Shown here: positions 23,413 through 33,148 of the stretch, in pieces
How the letters are laid out: the number at the start of each line of letters is the position of its first letter
How positions within the stretch are numbered: the stretch's first letter is position 1
NCBI GenBank assembly: GCA_003641645.1
Contig: QNAZ01000001.1
Location: forward strand, 1-47,809
DNA: 47,809 nt
Reading direction: 5' to 3'
DNA from: Thermodesulfobacteriota bacterium
GTDB lineage: Bacteria > Desulfobacterota > Thermodesulfobacteria > Thermodesulfobacteriales > Thermodesulfobacteriaceae
Position numbers and translations under genes: made by a program
Notes under the pieces: generated by a model
Told to the model about the DNA's origin: nothing
Databases searched by the model: none
The model's input: the letters and a program-made list of their open reading frames with translations, nothing else

Positions 23413-26067
23413 ATGGCAGATTATGTAAATGTAAAAGAATGGTGTCCAGTATTAAATCCTTTTGATGAGTTTTGCTATAGGATAATAGAGAAATATGGAA
23501 ATGGAGATTTTGAAAATTTACCTTGTATGAAGTTATATTCAAAAGTAAAAACTCCATGTGTAAGAAGTGAAGGGAATAAAGATAAAAGTATAATGATTAC
23601 AGCCCAAAACCCAGGCATTCAGGAAGATGAAGCTGATAGACCTTTTATAGGTCCTTCAGGAAAGAAGTTAGAAGAAGTTTTGAAAGATTTAGGATATAAA
23701 AGAGAAGACTTTTATATAACAAATGCAGTTAAATGTTATGGAGAAACAGATGAGATAACTCAAAGTATGATAAAGATATGTTCTATTTCTATTTTAAGAA
23801 GAGAAATAAACTTAATTAAACCAAATATGATAATCTGTTTAGGAAGGATTGCATTTTTAGGAGTTCAGTATGCATTATTAGGAAAGATAAAAGAAGAATT
23901 TGAAAGAGGAAAAATCGTAGAAATTGAAAGTCCTATTTTAGGAGAAAAGAAAAAAGTAAAAGTATGTATGACATATCATCCTTCTTACATTTTGAGAAAT
24001 CCAAATTATGAGCCAGAATTCAAGAAAGACTTAAGCACTTTTCTGAAAGAAGGAGATATAACAATAGAGTATGAAATTTTAAATACCTATGAAAAAGTGA
24101 AAGATTTTGTTGACAGTATAGTAAATAGTAAAGAAGAAGTTTATGCAGTAGTAGATTTAGAAACTTTTAGTAAAGATGTTCATGATCCTAATAACAAGAT
24201 ATTCTGTATTGGAATAGCTCTATCAGAAAAGAAAGCATTTATTATTCCTTTGAGACATTATGAAGCATTAAAAAGACAGATTATTAATTTCTTTATAGAA
24301 GGAATTCAAGAAAAAGTAATAGAAGAATTAAGAAGATTATTTTCTTATGAGAAATTAAAGATAATAGGACACAATTTTAAGTTTGATGCATTGGTTCTGT
24401 TAAGAGATTTAGAAGTAGATGTGATGGATAAAGTTTATGCTGATACATTAGTTTATCATCATTTATTAAAGGAAACTCCACCACATGATTTGAAAACATT
24501 AATTACTCTTTATACCCCTTTTTCAAACTATTACAAAGAAATGAAAGAAGTTTTTGTATCAAAGAAAGAAAAGTGGTATCATTATGTTGATTTTAATGAT
24601 TTGTATAGATATTGTGCTTATGATTGCTGCTCCAATTATTATCTCTGGAAAGAGTTAGACAGAAGAATAAAGCAATTAGATTTATGGCAAAAAAATTTAT
24701 CCAATAAGGTCAATAAACTAATAGAAGAACACAAAAAGCTAAATAAACCTTACATAACTCCTTACTATACTTACTTTCAGATAGAGAAGCTTAAAGAATT
24801 AGAAATGGAACATTATAGAATTCTTTTTGAAATGGAAAAGAATGGATTACCTTTTTCAAGAAGCTATGTGGAAAACTTAAAAGAAGAAGTTCAATATAAA
24901 ATGAAGGAAAAACAGAATGAATTAAGTAAATTAGCTGGGAAGATGATAAATTGGAATTCTCCTCAGCAGATTTCCAAATTATTTAAAGAATTGGGAATAG
25001 ATTCTCCAAAGAAAACTCCTAAAGGAAATCCTTCTTATGATGAAGAAGCTCTAAAGATTTTAGCGGAAAATGGAGTAGAAATAGCCCAAAAATTGCTTGA
25101 ATATAGAAAATTGTTGAAGAATTATACTACTTATGTTTTATTTCTTGAAAATTATAATTATAGATTAAAACAAACAGAAACTGAAGATATTGTCAGACTA
25201 TCTTGCAATATTAATATTGCTGGAACTGAAACAGGGAGATTATCAACATCTAATCCTGCTTTTCATGGAATTCCAAGAGATAATTTATATAGAAATATGG
25301 TTCAAGCAGAAGAAGGCTGGTTAATAGTAAGTGCAGATTATTCTATGGCAGATTTAAGAATGCTTGCTGGTTATAGTAATTGCAAAGGTATGATAGAAGC
25401 ATTTAATAGTGGAATTGATTTTCATACTTTAACAGCATCATTAATATTTGATAAAGATCCTGAAGACATATCTGTAGAAGAGAGGACAACAGCCAAAACA
25501 ATTAATTTTTCTGTTGCTTATTTAATTACTCCTTTTAAACTGTCTCAAAAACTCAAAACTTCAATAAAAGAAGCTCAAAATTTTATAGATAGATGGTTTC
25601 AGGACAAGCCAGAGATAAAATACTTTTTCAATGTTTTAATTTCTCAATATGATAAAGTAGAAGAAGGAAAGGAAGCTAAATTTGTAAATGTTTTTGGGAG
25701 AATGAGAAGAGTTCAAAAAGTAAGAAAATTTTATGAAGATAAATTTACAGGAAAAAGAAAGCTAAATCCTGAATATTCTCATAGAGTTAAGGAAATAGTT
25801 AATTTTTATCCTCAATCAACAGTAGCAGATGCATTAATGATAGGTCTTATTAGACTAAAGAAAAAGTTAGTAGAAAAAGATTTAATTCCTTATTGTAGAT
25901 TTCTCCTAACAATACATGATGCTCTATTATTAGAAGTAAAGAAGGAAAAAGTAGATGAAATATGTGAAATAGTCAAATGGGCAATGGAATTTCCTATTCC
26001 TTTTGCTAACTGTCAAATAGTAATTCCAGTTGATTTCACTATTGACAAAATGTGGAAGAAGGAATAA
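23413..26067 (+). CDS. polA: Family A DNA polymerase with N-terminal family-4-type uracil-DNA glycosylase domain (SPO1-like) and 3'-5' exonuclease
   Basis: UDG: AQNPG..ED...PFIGPSG, TNAVKC, YHPS. Exonuclease: DLET, HNFKFD, YCAYD. Polymerase: TGRLS, DYSMADLR, R..AK..NF...Y, HD. Confidence 0.93.
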   Translation: MADYVNVKEWCPVLNPFDEFCYRIIEKYGNGDFENLPCMKLYSKVKTPCVRSEGNKDKSIMITAQNPGIQEDEADRPFIGPSGKKLEEVLKDLGYKREDFYITNAVKCYGETDEITQSMIKICSISILRREINLIKPNMIICLGRIAFLGVQYALLGKIKEEFERGKIVEIESPILGEKKKVKVCMTYHPSYILRNPNYEPEFKKDLSTFLKEGDITIEYEILNTYEKVKDFVDSIVNSKEEVYAVVDLETFSKDVHDPNNKIFCIGIALSEKKAFIIPLRHYEALKRQIINFFIEGIQEKVIEELRRLFSYEKLKIIGHNFKFDALVLLRDLEVDVMDKVYADTLVYHHLLKETPPHDLKTLITLYTPFSNYYKEMKEVFVSKKEKWYHYVDFNDLYRYCAYDCCSNYYLWKELDRRIKQLDLWQKNLSNKVNKLIEEHKKLNKPYITPYYTYFQIEKLKELEMEHYRILFEMEKNGLPFSRSYVENLKEEVQYKMKEKQNELSKLAGKMINWNSPQQISKLFKELGIDSPKKTPKGNPSYDEEALKILAENGVEIAQKLLEYRKLLKNYTTYVLFLENYNYRLKQTETEDIVRLSCNINIAGTETGRLSTSNPAFHGIPRDNLYRNMVQAEEGWLIVSADYSMADLRMLAGYSNCKGMIEAFNSGIDFHTLTASLIFDKDPEDISVEERTTAKTINFSVAYLITPFKLSQKLKTSIKEAQNFIDRWFQDKPEIKYFFNVLISQYDKVEEGKEAKFVNVFGRMRRVQKVRKFYEDKFTGKRKLNPEYSHRVKEIVNFYPQSTVADALMIGLIRLKKKLVEKDLIPYCRFLLTIHDALLLEVKKEKVDEICEIVKWAMEFPIPFANCQIVIPVDFTIDKMWKKE

Positions 26068-26113
26068 GATTGAAACTATATAATAAAGAGAAATTTTGTT
26101 TATTGAAAGTTAA

Positions 26114-26124
26114 GATAAGAATTT
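26114..26124 (+). promoter_or_regulatory. GATAAGAATTT motif copy
   Basis: Exact copy, intergenic between polA and nrdG. Confidence 0.5.
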
Positions 26125-26173
26125 TTAGCCCAAATGCAATCAAATGTTTTCTTTTTATTAAATAAGACAACTC

Positions 26174-26223
26174 AAGTCTCCAGAGCATTATTTTCAACAA
26201 TCCTTGCTCTGGAGACTTTTTTT
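26174..26223 (+). terminator. Intrinsic terminator-like hairpin
   Basis: 14-bp stem AAGTCTCCAGAGCA/TGCTCTGGAGACTT, 17-nt loop, T-run. Confidence 0.7.
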
Positions 26224-26258
26224 AGTTATTTGAAAATCTATTAGATAGGAGTTTTGTA

Positions 26259-26771
26259 ATGAAAAAAGATGAAGCAAGAATAGTTCCTGAAGTTCATTTT
26301 TCTTTTAATGATCATCCATTTAGAAAACCTTCATTTGTATTGTATTTTTGTGGTTGTCCTCATAAATGTAAAGGATGTCATTCTCAAGAATTACAAAATC
26401 CTTATTCAGATTTATGTGAGACTATAACTGTTTCTAAATTGAAGGGAGTTTTGAAATATTATTTTGACAGTTATAATGGAAAGATAAATAGTGTAGTTCT
26501 TTTAGGCGGAGACCCAGTTGTTTATACAGATTTTCTCATTAAGCTTTTTTCAGAATTAAGAAAAGAAGTTAAGAATATTGAAGTAGTTCTTTATACTGGA
26601 TACTTATTTGAAGAATTGAAAGAAGAACTAAAAAACTTGGTTGATATAATAGTTGATGGAAAATATAGAGAAGATTTAAAGACAGGAAAGTTCCCTGCAT
26701 CATCAAATCAAAGAGTTTTTATTAAAGAAAATTCAGAATGGAAAGATAAAACATATCTATTTTTAGGATAA
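26259..26771 (+). CDS. nrdG: Anaerobic ribonucleotide reductase activase (radical SAM)
   Basis: CPHKCKGCH (CxxxCxxC), GGDP, YTGY, VDGKY, SSNQR. Confidence 0.92.
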   Translation: MKKDEARIVPEVHFSFNDHPFRKPSFVLYFCGCPHKCKGCHSQELQNPYSDLCETITVSKLKGVLKYYFDSYNGKINSVVLLGGDPVVYTDFLIKLFSELRKEVKNIEVVLYTGYLFEELKEELKNLVDIIVDGKYREDLKTGKFPASSNQRVFIKENSEWKDKTYLFLG

Positions 26772-26802
26772 AGCTTTGAAATTTTGTAGGAAGGAGGTCA
26801 GT

Positions 26803-29763
26803 ATGTATGGAATTGAATTGTTTTTCTCAAATACTTTATTTGGTAAGAGAGTTTATTCTTATTTTTTAAAAGAGCATCCAAAGATATTAGAATATTGGAA
26901 AATACATCCTAAGAATTTTGATTTTAATAAGTTTCAGAAGAAATATTTTACAGTTGATTATATTCAAGATATTTCTGCAAATCCTTCAAGTAATGTAACA
27001 AATAAAAGCATTGCAAGATTTAAAGTTGAAATGATAACTCCATTTATAAAGTATCTAACATTTTCAACTTTATTTGAGAAAATGGTAGAAATGTATGGGA
27101 TAAATGAAGCTACAGAATATTCAAAAATGTTATTAGATGGAACTTTTTATTTACATGATACAGCAGCTTATATAATGTCCTATTGTCTTGGAGTTGACTT
27201 CAGTAAACTATTATTAGAAGGAATGCCTTATGGTCAATTACATTCATTACCACCTAAAAAACCAAGAACTTTTATTAATCAAGTAAAGGAAGCAATAATT
27301 GAGTTATCAAGTGAATTTGCTGGTGCTATAGCATTTCCAAGCTTGATTGTTTTATACACTTACATTTATCTTAAATACTATGGAAAAGATTATAAGATAA
27401 ATGAGAAAGAAGTAGAAGATGATTTTCAAAATTTGGTTCATACAATTAATAAAGAATTAAGAAATGGGCAAGAAAGCCCCTTTTCCAATTTATCTTTCTT
27501 TGACAGATACATCTTAGATGAATTGTTGACTTATGTTTATTCCTATTTTACAAATGAAATAGGAGATAAGGAATTATTTCTTAAGAGAATTTTAGAAATT
27601 CAAGAAATTGTAATGGAATTTTTATGTAAAGGAGATCCAATTACAAAAGCTCCTTATAGATTTCCTGTAATTACTGTAAATTTTATCAAAGATAAGAAAA
27701 TGGGAAAAATATTGGATAGAGAATTTTTAGATTTAGTAGCTAAAAATAACACAAAAGGACAAATGAATATTTATGTTTCTGATGATGCAAGAAAATATTC
27801 CTTATGTTGTCGTTTTCAGCCAGACATTACCACATTTAAATTTGATAGTTTTGGTAATGGTGGAATCAATGTTGGTTGCTATGATGAGAAAACAGAAGTA
27901 TTAACTGATAGAGGTTGGAAGTATTTTAAGGATTTGAAAGAAGAAGATTTAGTTTTGACTTTAAATATGGAGACAGGGAAAGCAGAATTTCAAAAACCTA
28001 CTCACTATTTTGAGTATGAATATGAAGGAATTATGCACCATTATAAGTCAAGAGATATTGATTTGCTTGTTACTCCTAACCATAATATGTTAGTCAAGTC
28101 AAGGAAAACAGGAGAATTGAAACTAATAAAATCAGAAGATTTGAATGGTCAAGGATATAATTTACCTGTTTCTGGATTTCATATTAGTAAAGATAAATTA
28201 GGAACCATTACTATTGGGAATAAAAAATATGATAGCAAAGTTTTTTGTAGATTTTTGGGTTTCTTTTTAGCAGATGGTTCATGCTATCTTAATGAAGAAA
28301 TTGCAAAAAAATATGGTTGGGAAATATCTTTTTCAGTAAAAAAGAGTAGAAAAATTAAGTTTTTGAAAAGGGTTTTAGAAAAAATGCAAGCTAAATATAA
28401 TAAATATCAAGATAGATTTGCTATTTACGAAGGTAAAGAATTTTATGAATTTTTAAGAAAATTTTATGATAGTGAAAACAAAAAGTGTATAGATAAAGAT
28501 TTTATGTTAAAGCTTGGATATGAAGATTTGCTATGTTTATTTGAAGGTTTAATAGAAGGAGATGGTTATAATAATAAAAAAGCTAATCAGGTTATTTTTT
28601 ATACTTCTTCTGATAAATTAAAAGATGATTTTTGTTACCTTTGTGCTTTAATAGGTTATCAAACAACTGTAAGAAAGAAAGGTAATCCCAGAATTAGAGA
28701 AACTTATTTTAAAAAAGAAAATAGGGTAATTATTGGAAAATGTTATGAAATAGTTGTTAGAAGAAATAAAGAAATCCATAAAATAGTGAAATATAAACAG
28801 ACAAGATATTATAAAGGAAAAGTTTATTGTGTTGAAGTTCCAAATCATATTCTAATGATTAGAAGAAATGGACATACTTTATGGTGTGGTAATAGTATCC
28901 GAGTTCTTACTATAAATCTTAATAGAATAGCTTTAGAAGTGTTAGAGCAAATTGAGGATAATTTTGATATTGATTACAAGACTATTTACTTACAAAAGCT
29001 TAAAGAGAGAATGAATGTTGCAAAGAAAATTTTAGATAGTTTTAGAGAATGTATAAGAAACTTCATCAAGCAAAGTTGTTATAGATTTTTCAATCTTGGT
29101 TGGTTTGATTTGGATAAGCATTTCTATTCTACAATTGGTTTTATTGGATTATATGAAGCATTGAGAACTTTAGATAAAGATTTAAGAAGTAGCTTTGCAA
29201 TAGATATTTTAGAAACAATGGATGATATGATTACAGAGTTCAATAAAAATAGAAAAATAAAATACAACTTAGAGCAAGTTCCTGGAGAAAGTGCAGCAGG
29301 ATTACTTCCAAGTCTTGACAGATATTTTTATGGAGAAGAAAAAGTTCCTTATGTTTTATATTCCAATCAATTTGTTCCTTTATATGAAAGACATTCAATA
29401 CTTGATAAAATAGAAATAGAAGGAAGATATTTTAAGTATCTATCTGGAGGTGGGATAAGTCATATAAATATATTACATGAAATGAAGCCAGAAGAAGTTA
29501 AGTTTTTGATTGAATTATGTGTAGAAAAAGGAATAGAGCATTTTGCATTAAATCCAGTTTATTCTATTTGTGAAAATGGACATTATTTATTGGGAAAATA
29601 TGATGAATGTTATATTTGTGGAGCAAAAATAAAAGATCATTTGACAAGAGTAGTAGGTTTCTTCACTCCAGTTAGTGCTTGGAATGACAAGCGAAGAAAT
29701 TGGGAATTTTCAAGAAGAGTTTGGAATACTCTAAAAGGAGATATAAAGAGAGAAAAGAAATAA
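26803..29763 (+). CDS. nrdD: Class III anaerobic ribonucleoside-triphosphate reductase with intein
   Basis: YLHD, R.GQESPF.N, SLCCRF finger loop, TINLNRIA, PGES, CENGH...CYICG, glycyl-radical RVVGF. Start moved to ATG 26803, behind AGGAGG. Confidence 0.93.
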   Translation: MYGIELFFSNTLFGKRVYSYFLKEHPKILEYWKIHPKNFDFNKFQKKYFTVDYIQDISANPSSNVTNKSIARFKVEMITPFIKYLTFSTLFEKMVEMYGINEATEYSKMLLDGTFYLHDTAAYIMSYCLGVDFSKLLLEGMPYGQLHSLPPKKPRTFINQVKEAIIELSSEFAGAIAFPSLIVLYTYIYLKYYGKDYKINEKEVEDDFQNLVHTINKELRNGQESPFSNLSFFDRYILDELLTYVYSYFTNEIGDKELFLKRILEIQEIVMEFLCKGDPITKAPYRFPVITVNFIKDKKMGKILDREFLDLVAKNNTKGQMNIYVSDDARKYSLCCRFQPDITTFKFDSFGNGGINVGCYDEKTEVLTDRGWKYFKDLKEEDLVLTLNMETGKAEFQKPTHYFEYEYEGIMHHYKSRDIDLLVTPNHNMLVKSRKTGELKLIKSEDLNGQGYNLPVSGFHISKDKLGTITIGNKKYDSKVFCRFLGFFLADGSCYLNEEIAKKYGWEISFSVKKSRKIKFLKRVLEKMQAKYNKYQDRFAIYEGKEFYEFLRKFYDSENKKCIDKDFMLKLGYEDLLCLFEGLIEGDGYNNKKANQVIFYTSSDKLKDDFCYLCALIGYQTTVRKKGNPRIRETYFKKENRVIIGKCYEIVVRRNKEIHKIVKYKQTRYYKGKVYCVEVPNHILMIRRNGHTLWCGNSIRVLTINLNRIALEVLEQIEDNFDIDYKTIYLQKLKERMNVAKKILDSFRECIRNFIKQSCYRFFNLGWFDLDKHFYSTIGFIGLYEALRTLDKDLRSSFAIDILETMDDMITEFNKNRKIKYNLEQVPGESAAGLLPSLDRYFYGEEKVPYVLYSNQFVPLYERHSILDKIEIEGRYFKYLSGGGISHINILHEMKPEEVKFLIELCVEKGIEHFALNPVYSICENGHYLLGKYDECYICGAKIKDHLTRVVGFFTPVSAWNDKRRNWEFSRRVWNTLKGDIKREKK
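27877..28893 (+). mobile_element. Intein 3 (339 aa) with LAGLIDADG endonuclease in nrdD
   Basis: CYDEKTEVLT...LLVTPNH...FLGFFLADG...GLIEGDG...RRNGHTLWCGN|S. Confidence 0.92.
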
Positions 29764-29984
29764 ATGGAAAAGCTGGAAATATGATGCAAAATATAGCTCA
29801 GTAAGAAAAAGAATAAAAAGGAAGACAAATAAAAAGGAAAGATTTTTAGCAAAAGAACAAATTAGAAAAGAATTAAATGAAATAGATTACTAAATAGATA
29901 ATTTTACTAAACAACTTACTTTACTCTATACTGAAACTTTAGAAATTTTGCAAGATTAATTTTTATAGATTGGTTTGGAAACTT

Positions 29985-30353
29985 TCAAAATCTATCTAAA
30001 ATCCAAAAAGATTTAGGAATTTTCTCATTAGAAATCTCACAATGGATAAATTTCTCTGAGACTCCTATATGTTCAAATCCTACTTCTAACAAAGCTGATA
30101 TTATTAAGAATCTTGAAAAGTTGTCAATACAAGCAATTTTGCAAGCTCTTCCTTCTAAATGCCCTTTTAATTTTAAATCAATAAAACTATTTAACCTTTT
30201 AGCATAACTTTCGCAAATGTATCCTAATTTTATAACAAGTGGAAACTTAAGCAATTCTTGAGCTTTGTCCAATTTGTTTATTAATTCAGGATGAGTATTA
30301 TTCCTTCCACAACAAGGACAGGCAAAATCTTCATACTTGAAATGTTTCCACAC
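29985..30353 (-). CDS. Peptidase M15A-like protein with degenerate active site
   Basis: FACPCCG; GY.C; GHLEGRACKI (compare H..G.AADI); FIHCE (compare HVD). Confidence 0.65.
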   Translation of the reverse strand: MWKHFKYEDFACPCCGRNNTHPELINKLDKAQELLKFPLVIKLGYICESYAKRLNSFIDLKLKGHLEGRACKIACIDNFSRFLIISALLEVGFEHIGVSEKFIHCEISNEKIPKSFWILDRF

Positions 30354-30356
30354 TAT

Positions 30357-30503
30357 TTAATCTAATTTTTGTTGAAGTTTTTCAATTTTATCGTTAATAA
30401 TTAACCAAGCTTTATAAACTTCCCTTTTAAGAATTTTAGCTTTACATTGACCTAAATAGTATCCTATAATTAGACAAACTAAGCCTATAAGAAAGTAAGA
30501 CAT
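30357..30503 (-). CDS. Small membrane protein (48 aa; not in track)
   Basis: MSYFLIGLVCLIIGYYLGQCK..., in the lysis region. Confidence 0.45.
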   Translation of the reverse strand: MSYFLIGLVCLIIGYYLGQCKAKILKREVYKAWLIINDKIEKLQQKLD

Positions 30504-30541
30504 TCCTTATTAGTATAAGAAATTAATAAAAATAAAAACTC

Positions 30542-30718
30542 TCATTTCTTTATCTTTTCAATTCTTTCTTTAGCTTCTTTCTTTAATTCTTCAATTACTT
30601 TTTTTATCTCTTGATGTTGCTCTTCAACATATTTACTCATTTCTCTATTTTTGAAGAAGATAACACAACCTATTACAATTAATAAAACAATTACAACAAT
30701 TGCAGCATAACTTACCAT
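30542..30718 (-). CDS. Small single-TM coiled-coil protein (58 aa; not in track)
   Basis: MVSYAAIVVIVLLIVIGCVIFFKN...; AAGGGG SD. Confidence 0.55.
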   Translation of the reverse strand: MVSYAAIVVIVLLIVIGCVIFFKNREMSKYVEEQHQEIKKVIEELKKEAKERIEKIKK

Positions 30719-30744
30719 GATTTTTACCCCCTTGTTGTATTACA

Positions 30745-31152
30745 TTACAAAGTTATTGCTACTCCTATCAAAATTCCCAAAGTTAGAAATAAGCTATTTT
30801 CTTTTATTTTATCATAAAAACTTTTTTTGTAAAGATGTTTGTAAGCTTCATTTTGGTAGTTAATGATTTCTTGCAAATTTTCAATAGTTTCTTTTGAAAT
30901 TTGTAATTGCTTTTTCTGAAGTTCTATAATAGTTTTCAAATATTCAATCTGTTTCTTTAACTCCTGATTTTCTTTAATGAGTATTTCAATTTGTTTGTTT
31001 GTAATTCTGCATTGTTCTAATTCTACTATCATTCTTTTAGCTGTTTCTTCAGAAAAACAGATTATAGGTTCATCTTGCTTTTGAGAAAAAGCTAAAGAAG
31101 GTAATGATAAAATAAAAATACTAATTAATAGGCTTATAACCCAGTTTTTCAA
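30745..31152 (-). CDS. Signal peptide + coiled coil + C-terminal TM protein (spanin-like lysis accessory)
   Basis: Predicted topology and position downstream of the endolysin. Confidence 0.45.
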   Translation of the reverse strand: MKNWVISLLISIFILSLPSLAFSQKQDEPIICFSEETAKRMIVELEQCRITNKQIEILIKENQELKKQIEYLKTIIELQKKQLQISKETIENLQEIINYQNEAYKHLYKKSFYDKIKENSLFLTLGILIGVAITL

Positions 31153-31492
31153 ATCTTTCCCTCAATTCTTTAGAAGTTTTAGGTAATTCTATTTTTTCTT
31201 TAGTTAATTGTAATCTTTTGTAAACTCTTTCGTAATATAGTACTTTCTCTTGAACATTCTGATAAAGCTTCTTATATCTTTCCATTTCTTTCTTATAGTT
31301 TTCTAAGTTTTCTTCATACCATTTAATTTCCTTTTCAACCTTTCTATTAACTTCCTTTTCTATATTTCTAATTTTTAATCTCATCTTAATGGAATCAATA
31401 AGGCTAACAACTAAGATAAAAAAGAAAATCAGAAACAAAAAATACCAAAAAAGATTTGAATATTCTGTTAGATTCTTAATCTTTATATTCAT
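31121..31492 (-). CDS. i-spanin (Rz)-like protein
   Basis: N-terminal TM followed by a long coiled coil, directly after the endolysin. Confidence 0.5.
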   Translation of the reverse strand: MNIKIKNLTEYSNLFWYFLFLIFFFILVVSLIDSIKMRLKIRNIEKEVNRKVEKEIKWYEENLENYKKEMERYKKLYQNVQEKVLYYERVYKRLQLTKEKIELPKTSKELRERFEKLGYKPIN

Positions 31493-31498
31493 TTTTAT

Positions 31499-32176
31499 TT
31501 ACCAAAAAGGAAATGCTAATTCTCTTTCAACTCTTTGCTCAGAACATAAAAGATTATTCCATTTTTGTCCATATTCATAAACTTTCTGACTATAGCTATA
31601 ATTTATTTCACAAGCACTTTTCCATTGAATGCATTTCCCATACTTTTTCCAAACACAAACTTTTTTCCTTCTACAACAATTGTAACAATCTTCCCATTTA
31701 TCACTCTTTGCTCTTTTACATTCTATAATTACCCAATTTCCACCATTATATCTTTGATAAGTAATCCAAAGCTTTTTTAACCATTCTGGATTACTTCTCC
31801 AAAGCATTCCAATATAGTAAATTGCAGCTTCGATATGCTGTTTGCTATAAGGTTTATCATAATCAGGAAATAAAGGTCTTAAGTATTTATCTAAAAATTT
31901 AGGGGTTAATTGAAAATAGCCTACTGAACCATGTCCATCTACAGATATTCTCCATCTACAATTTGTCTCAACTTTTGCTACTGCTATGTTATACCAGAAA
32001 GGAAATTTTTTGCTAATATATCTTTCTGAAGCTTTCCTTACTGGTTCAATAAGAAAACTACATCTATCTTTTTTTGCTTTTGCTGAGGCTATGGTGAGAA
32101 TACCGAATATAAGTAAAGCAAGTCCAATTAGAATTAATAGAATATCAATAAAGGTTTTGAGTAATTTGTTTTTCAC
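31499..32176 (-). CDS. SLT-family lytic transglycosylase (endolysin) with N-terminal TM/SAR segment
   Basis: VET catalytic Glu, GYFQLTP, YNGG. Confidence 0.82.
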   Translation of the reverse strand: MKNKLLKTFIDILLILIGLALLIFGILTIASAKAKKDRCSFLIEPVRKASERYISKKFPFWYNIAVAKVETNCRWRISVDGHGSVGYFQLTPKFLDKYLRPLFPDYDKPYSKQHIEAAIYYIGMLWRSNPEWLKKLWITYQRYNGGNWVIIECKRAKSDKWEDCYNCCRRKKVCVWKKYGKCIQWKSACEINYSYSQKVYEYGQKWNNLLCSEQRVERELAFPFW

Positions 32177-32179
32177 TTT

Positions 32180-32446
32180 TTAACCCAATGCGATTACAAT
32201 AGCATACGCAATTAATAAAACAAGTGCATAAATTTTTCTCCATTCTCCCTTTTCATTCCAGTTAATCATTCCAATTCTTGCTCTTCTTATTGCATACCAG
32301 ACAAAAGTAAGTAAACCACACAAACCTACTTTTCTTCCAAGCATTGCAATGAATTCTTTTTGGTCAAAGACAAATATGTAGCCTATTATAATACCTACTA
32401 TTGCCAAAACCAATTCAAACCAACTTCTTCTAACAGTTACTAACAT
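32180..32446 (-). CDS. Putative holin (three TM)
   Basis: 88 aa, three hydrophobic helices, upstream of the endolysin. Confidence 0.65.
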   Translation of the reverse strand: MLVTVRRSWFELVLAIVGIIIGYIFVFDQKEFIAMLGRKVGLCGLLTFVWYAIRRARIGMINWNEKGEWRKIYALVLLIAYAIVIALG

Positions 32447-32772
32447 TTTGTCCTCCTAAATGCTATACCCCAAATTTGGCTACCATCGTCCTTTGGTCTC
32501 GCACCAATGTAAAACTCAAATCGCTTTCCTCTGTAACTAAAAAACGGTAAAATTAAATTCCATTTTCTTTTACTATGCCAAACTTTCCACTCAGAAGGAT
32601 AATTTCCAGTTCCAATCCAGTAATAACAAAAATTATGCAAAGGATTTCTTACAAAATACCAATAAAAATAAGCAAATTTTCTATATTTTTGAAAGCACCA
32701 ATCAGGAGGAACAGGGTCATCATAGTTACCGAATGGGTTAAATTTTGAGTTCCATATTTTAAGCAAATCCAT
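32440..32772 (-). CDS. Trp-rich hypothetical phage protein
   Basis: FGNYDD, WYFVRNPLHNF. Confidence 0.65.
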   Translation of the reverse strand: MDLLKIWNSKFNPFGNYDDPVPPDWCFQKYRKFAYFYWYFVRNPLHNFCYYWIGTGNYPSEWKVWHSKRKWNLILPFFSYRGKRFEFYIGARPKDDGSQIWGIAFRRTKC

Positions 32773-32774
32773 TT

Positions 32775-33125
32775 TTATCCCACTTCTTCAGAAGGTTTTA
32801 ATACATCTAAATTAGCTTTCTTAACTATTTCTTTTTTTAATTCAATTGGTATCTCTCTCACATTAACAACAAAAATTCCTTTTTCTAAAAAGGATTTTAT
32901 TAAAGCTTTCTTATCCTGTGCAGATAAAAGTTTTGATTGAGGTCTAATTGCTTCCTCTACAATTTTATCAATATTTTGTCTTACTCTTTGCTTGATAAAA
33001 TTTGTGTGAAACTCAATAATATCTGCTATATCAAAAAAAAGTGCCTTTGTCTCTTCTTCTGTTAGTTCAAGTTCTTTTAGAGTTTCGTTTGTATCTGTGT
33101 TAATATAAACTATTTTAAGCTTCAT
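32775..33125 (-). CDS. Hypothetical protein downstream of tail fibre (possible chaperone)
   Basis: Position; AAGGAG SD. Confidence 0.55.
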   Translation of the reverse strand: MKLKIVYINTDTNETLKELELTEEETKALFFDIADIIEFHTNFIKQRVRQNIDKIVEEAIRPQSKLLSAQDKKALIKSFLEKGIFVVNVREIPIELKKEIVKKANLDVLKPSEEVG

Positions 33126-33148
33126 TTTATCACTCCTTACAGATTATT

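Noticed and set aside
26776-26802. TTG start for nrdD given by the ORF track
   Set aside because: ATG at 26803 follows a clear AGGAGG and is the better start.
29764-29893. Lys/Arg-rich open frame after nrdD
   Set aside because: No in-frame start codon or SD found; possibly a gene remnant.
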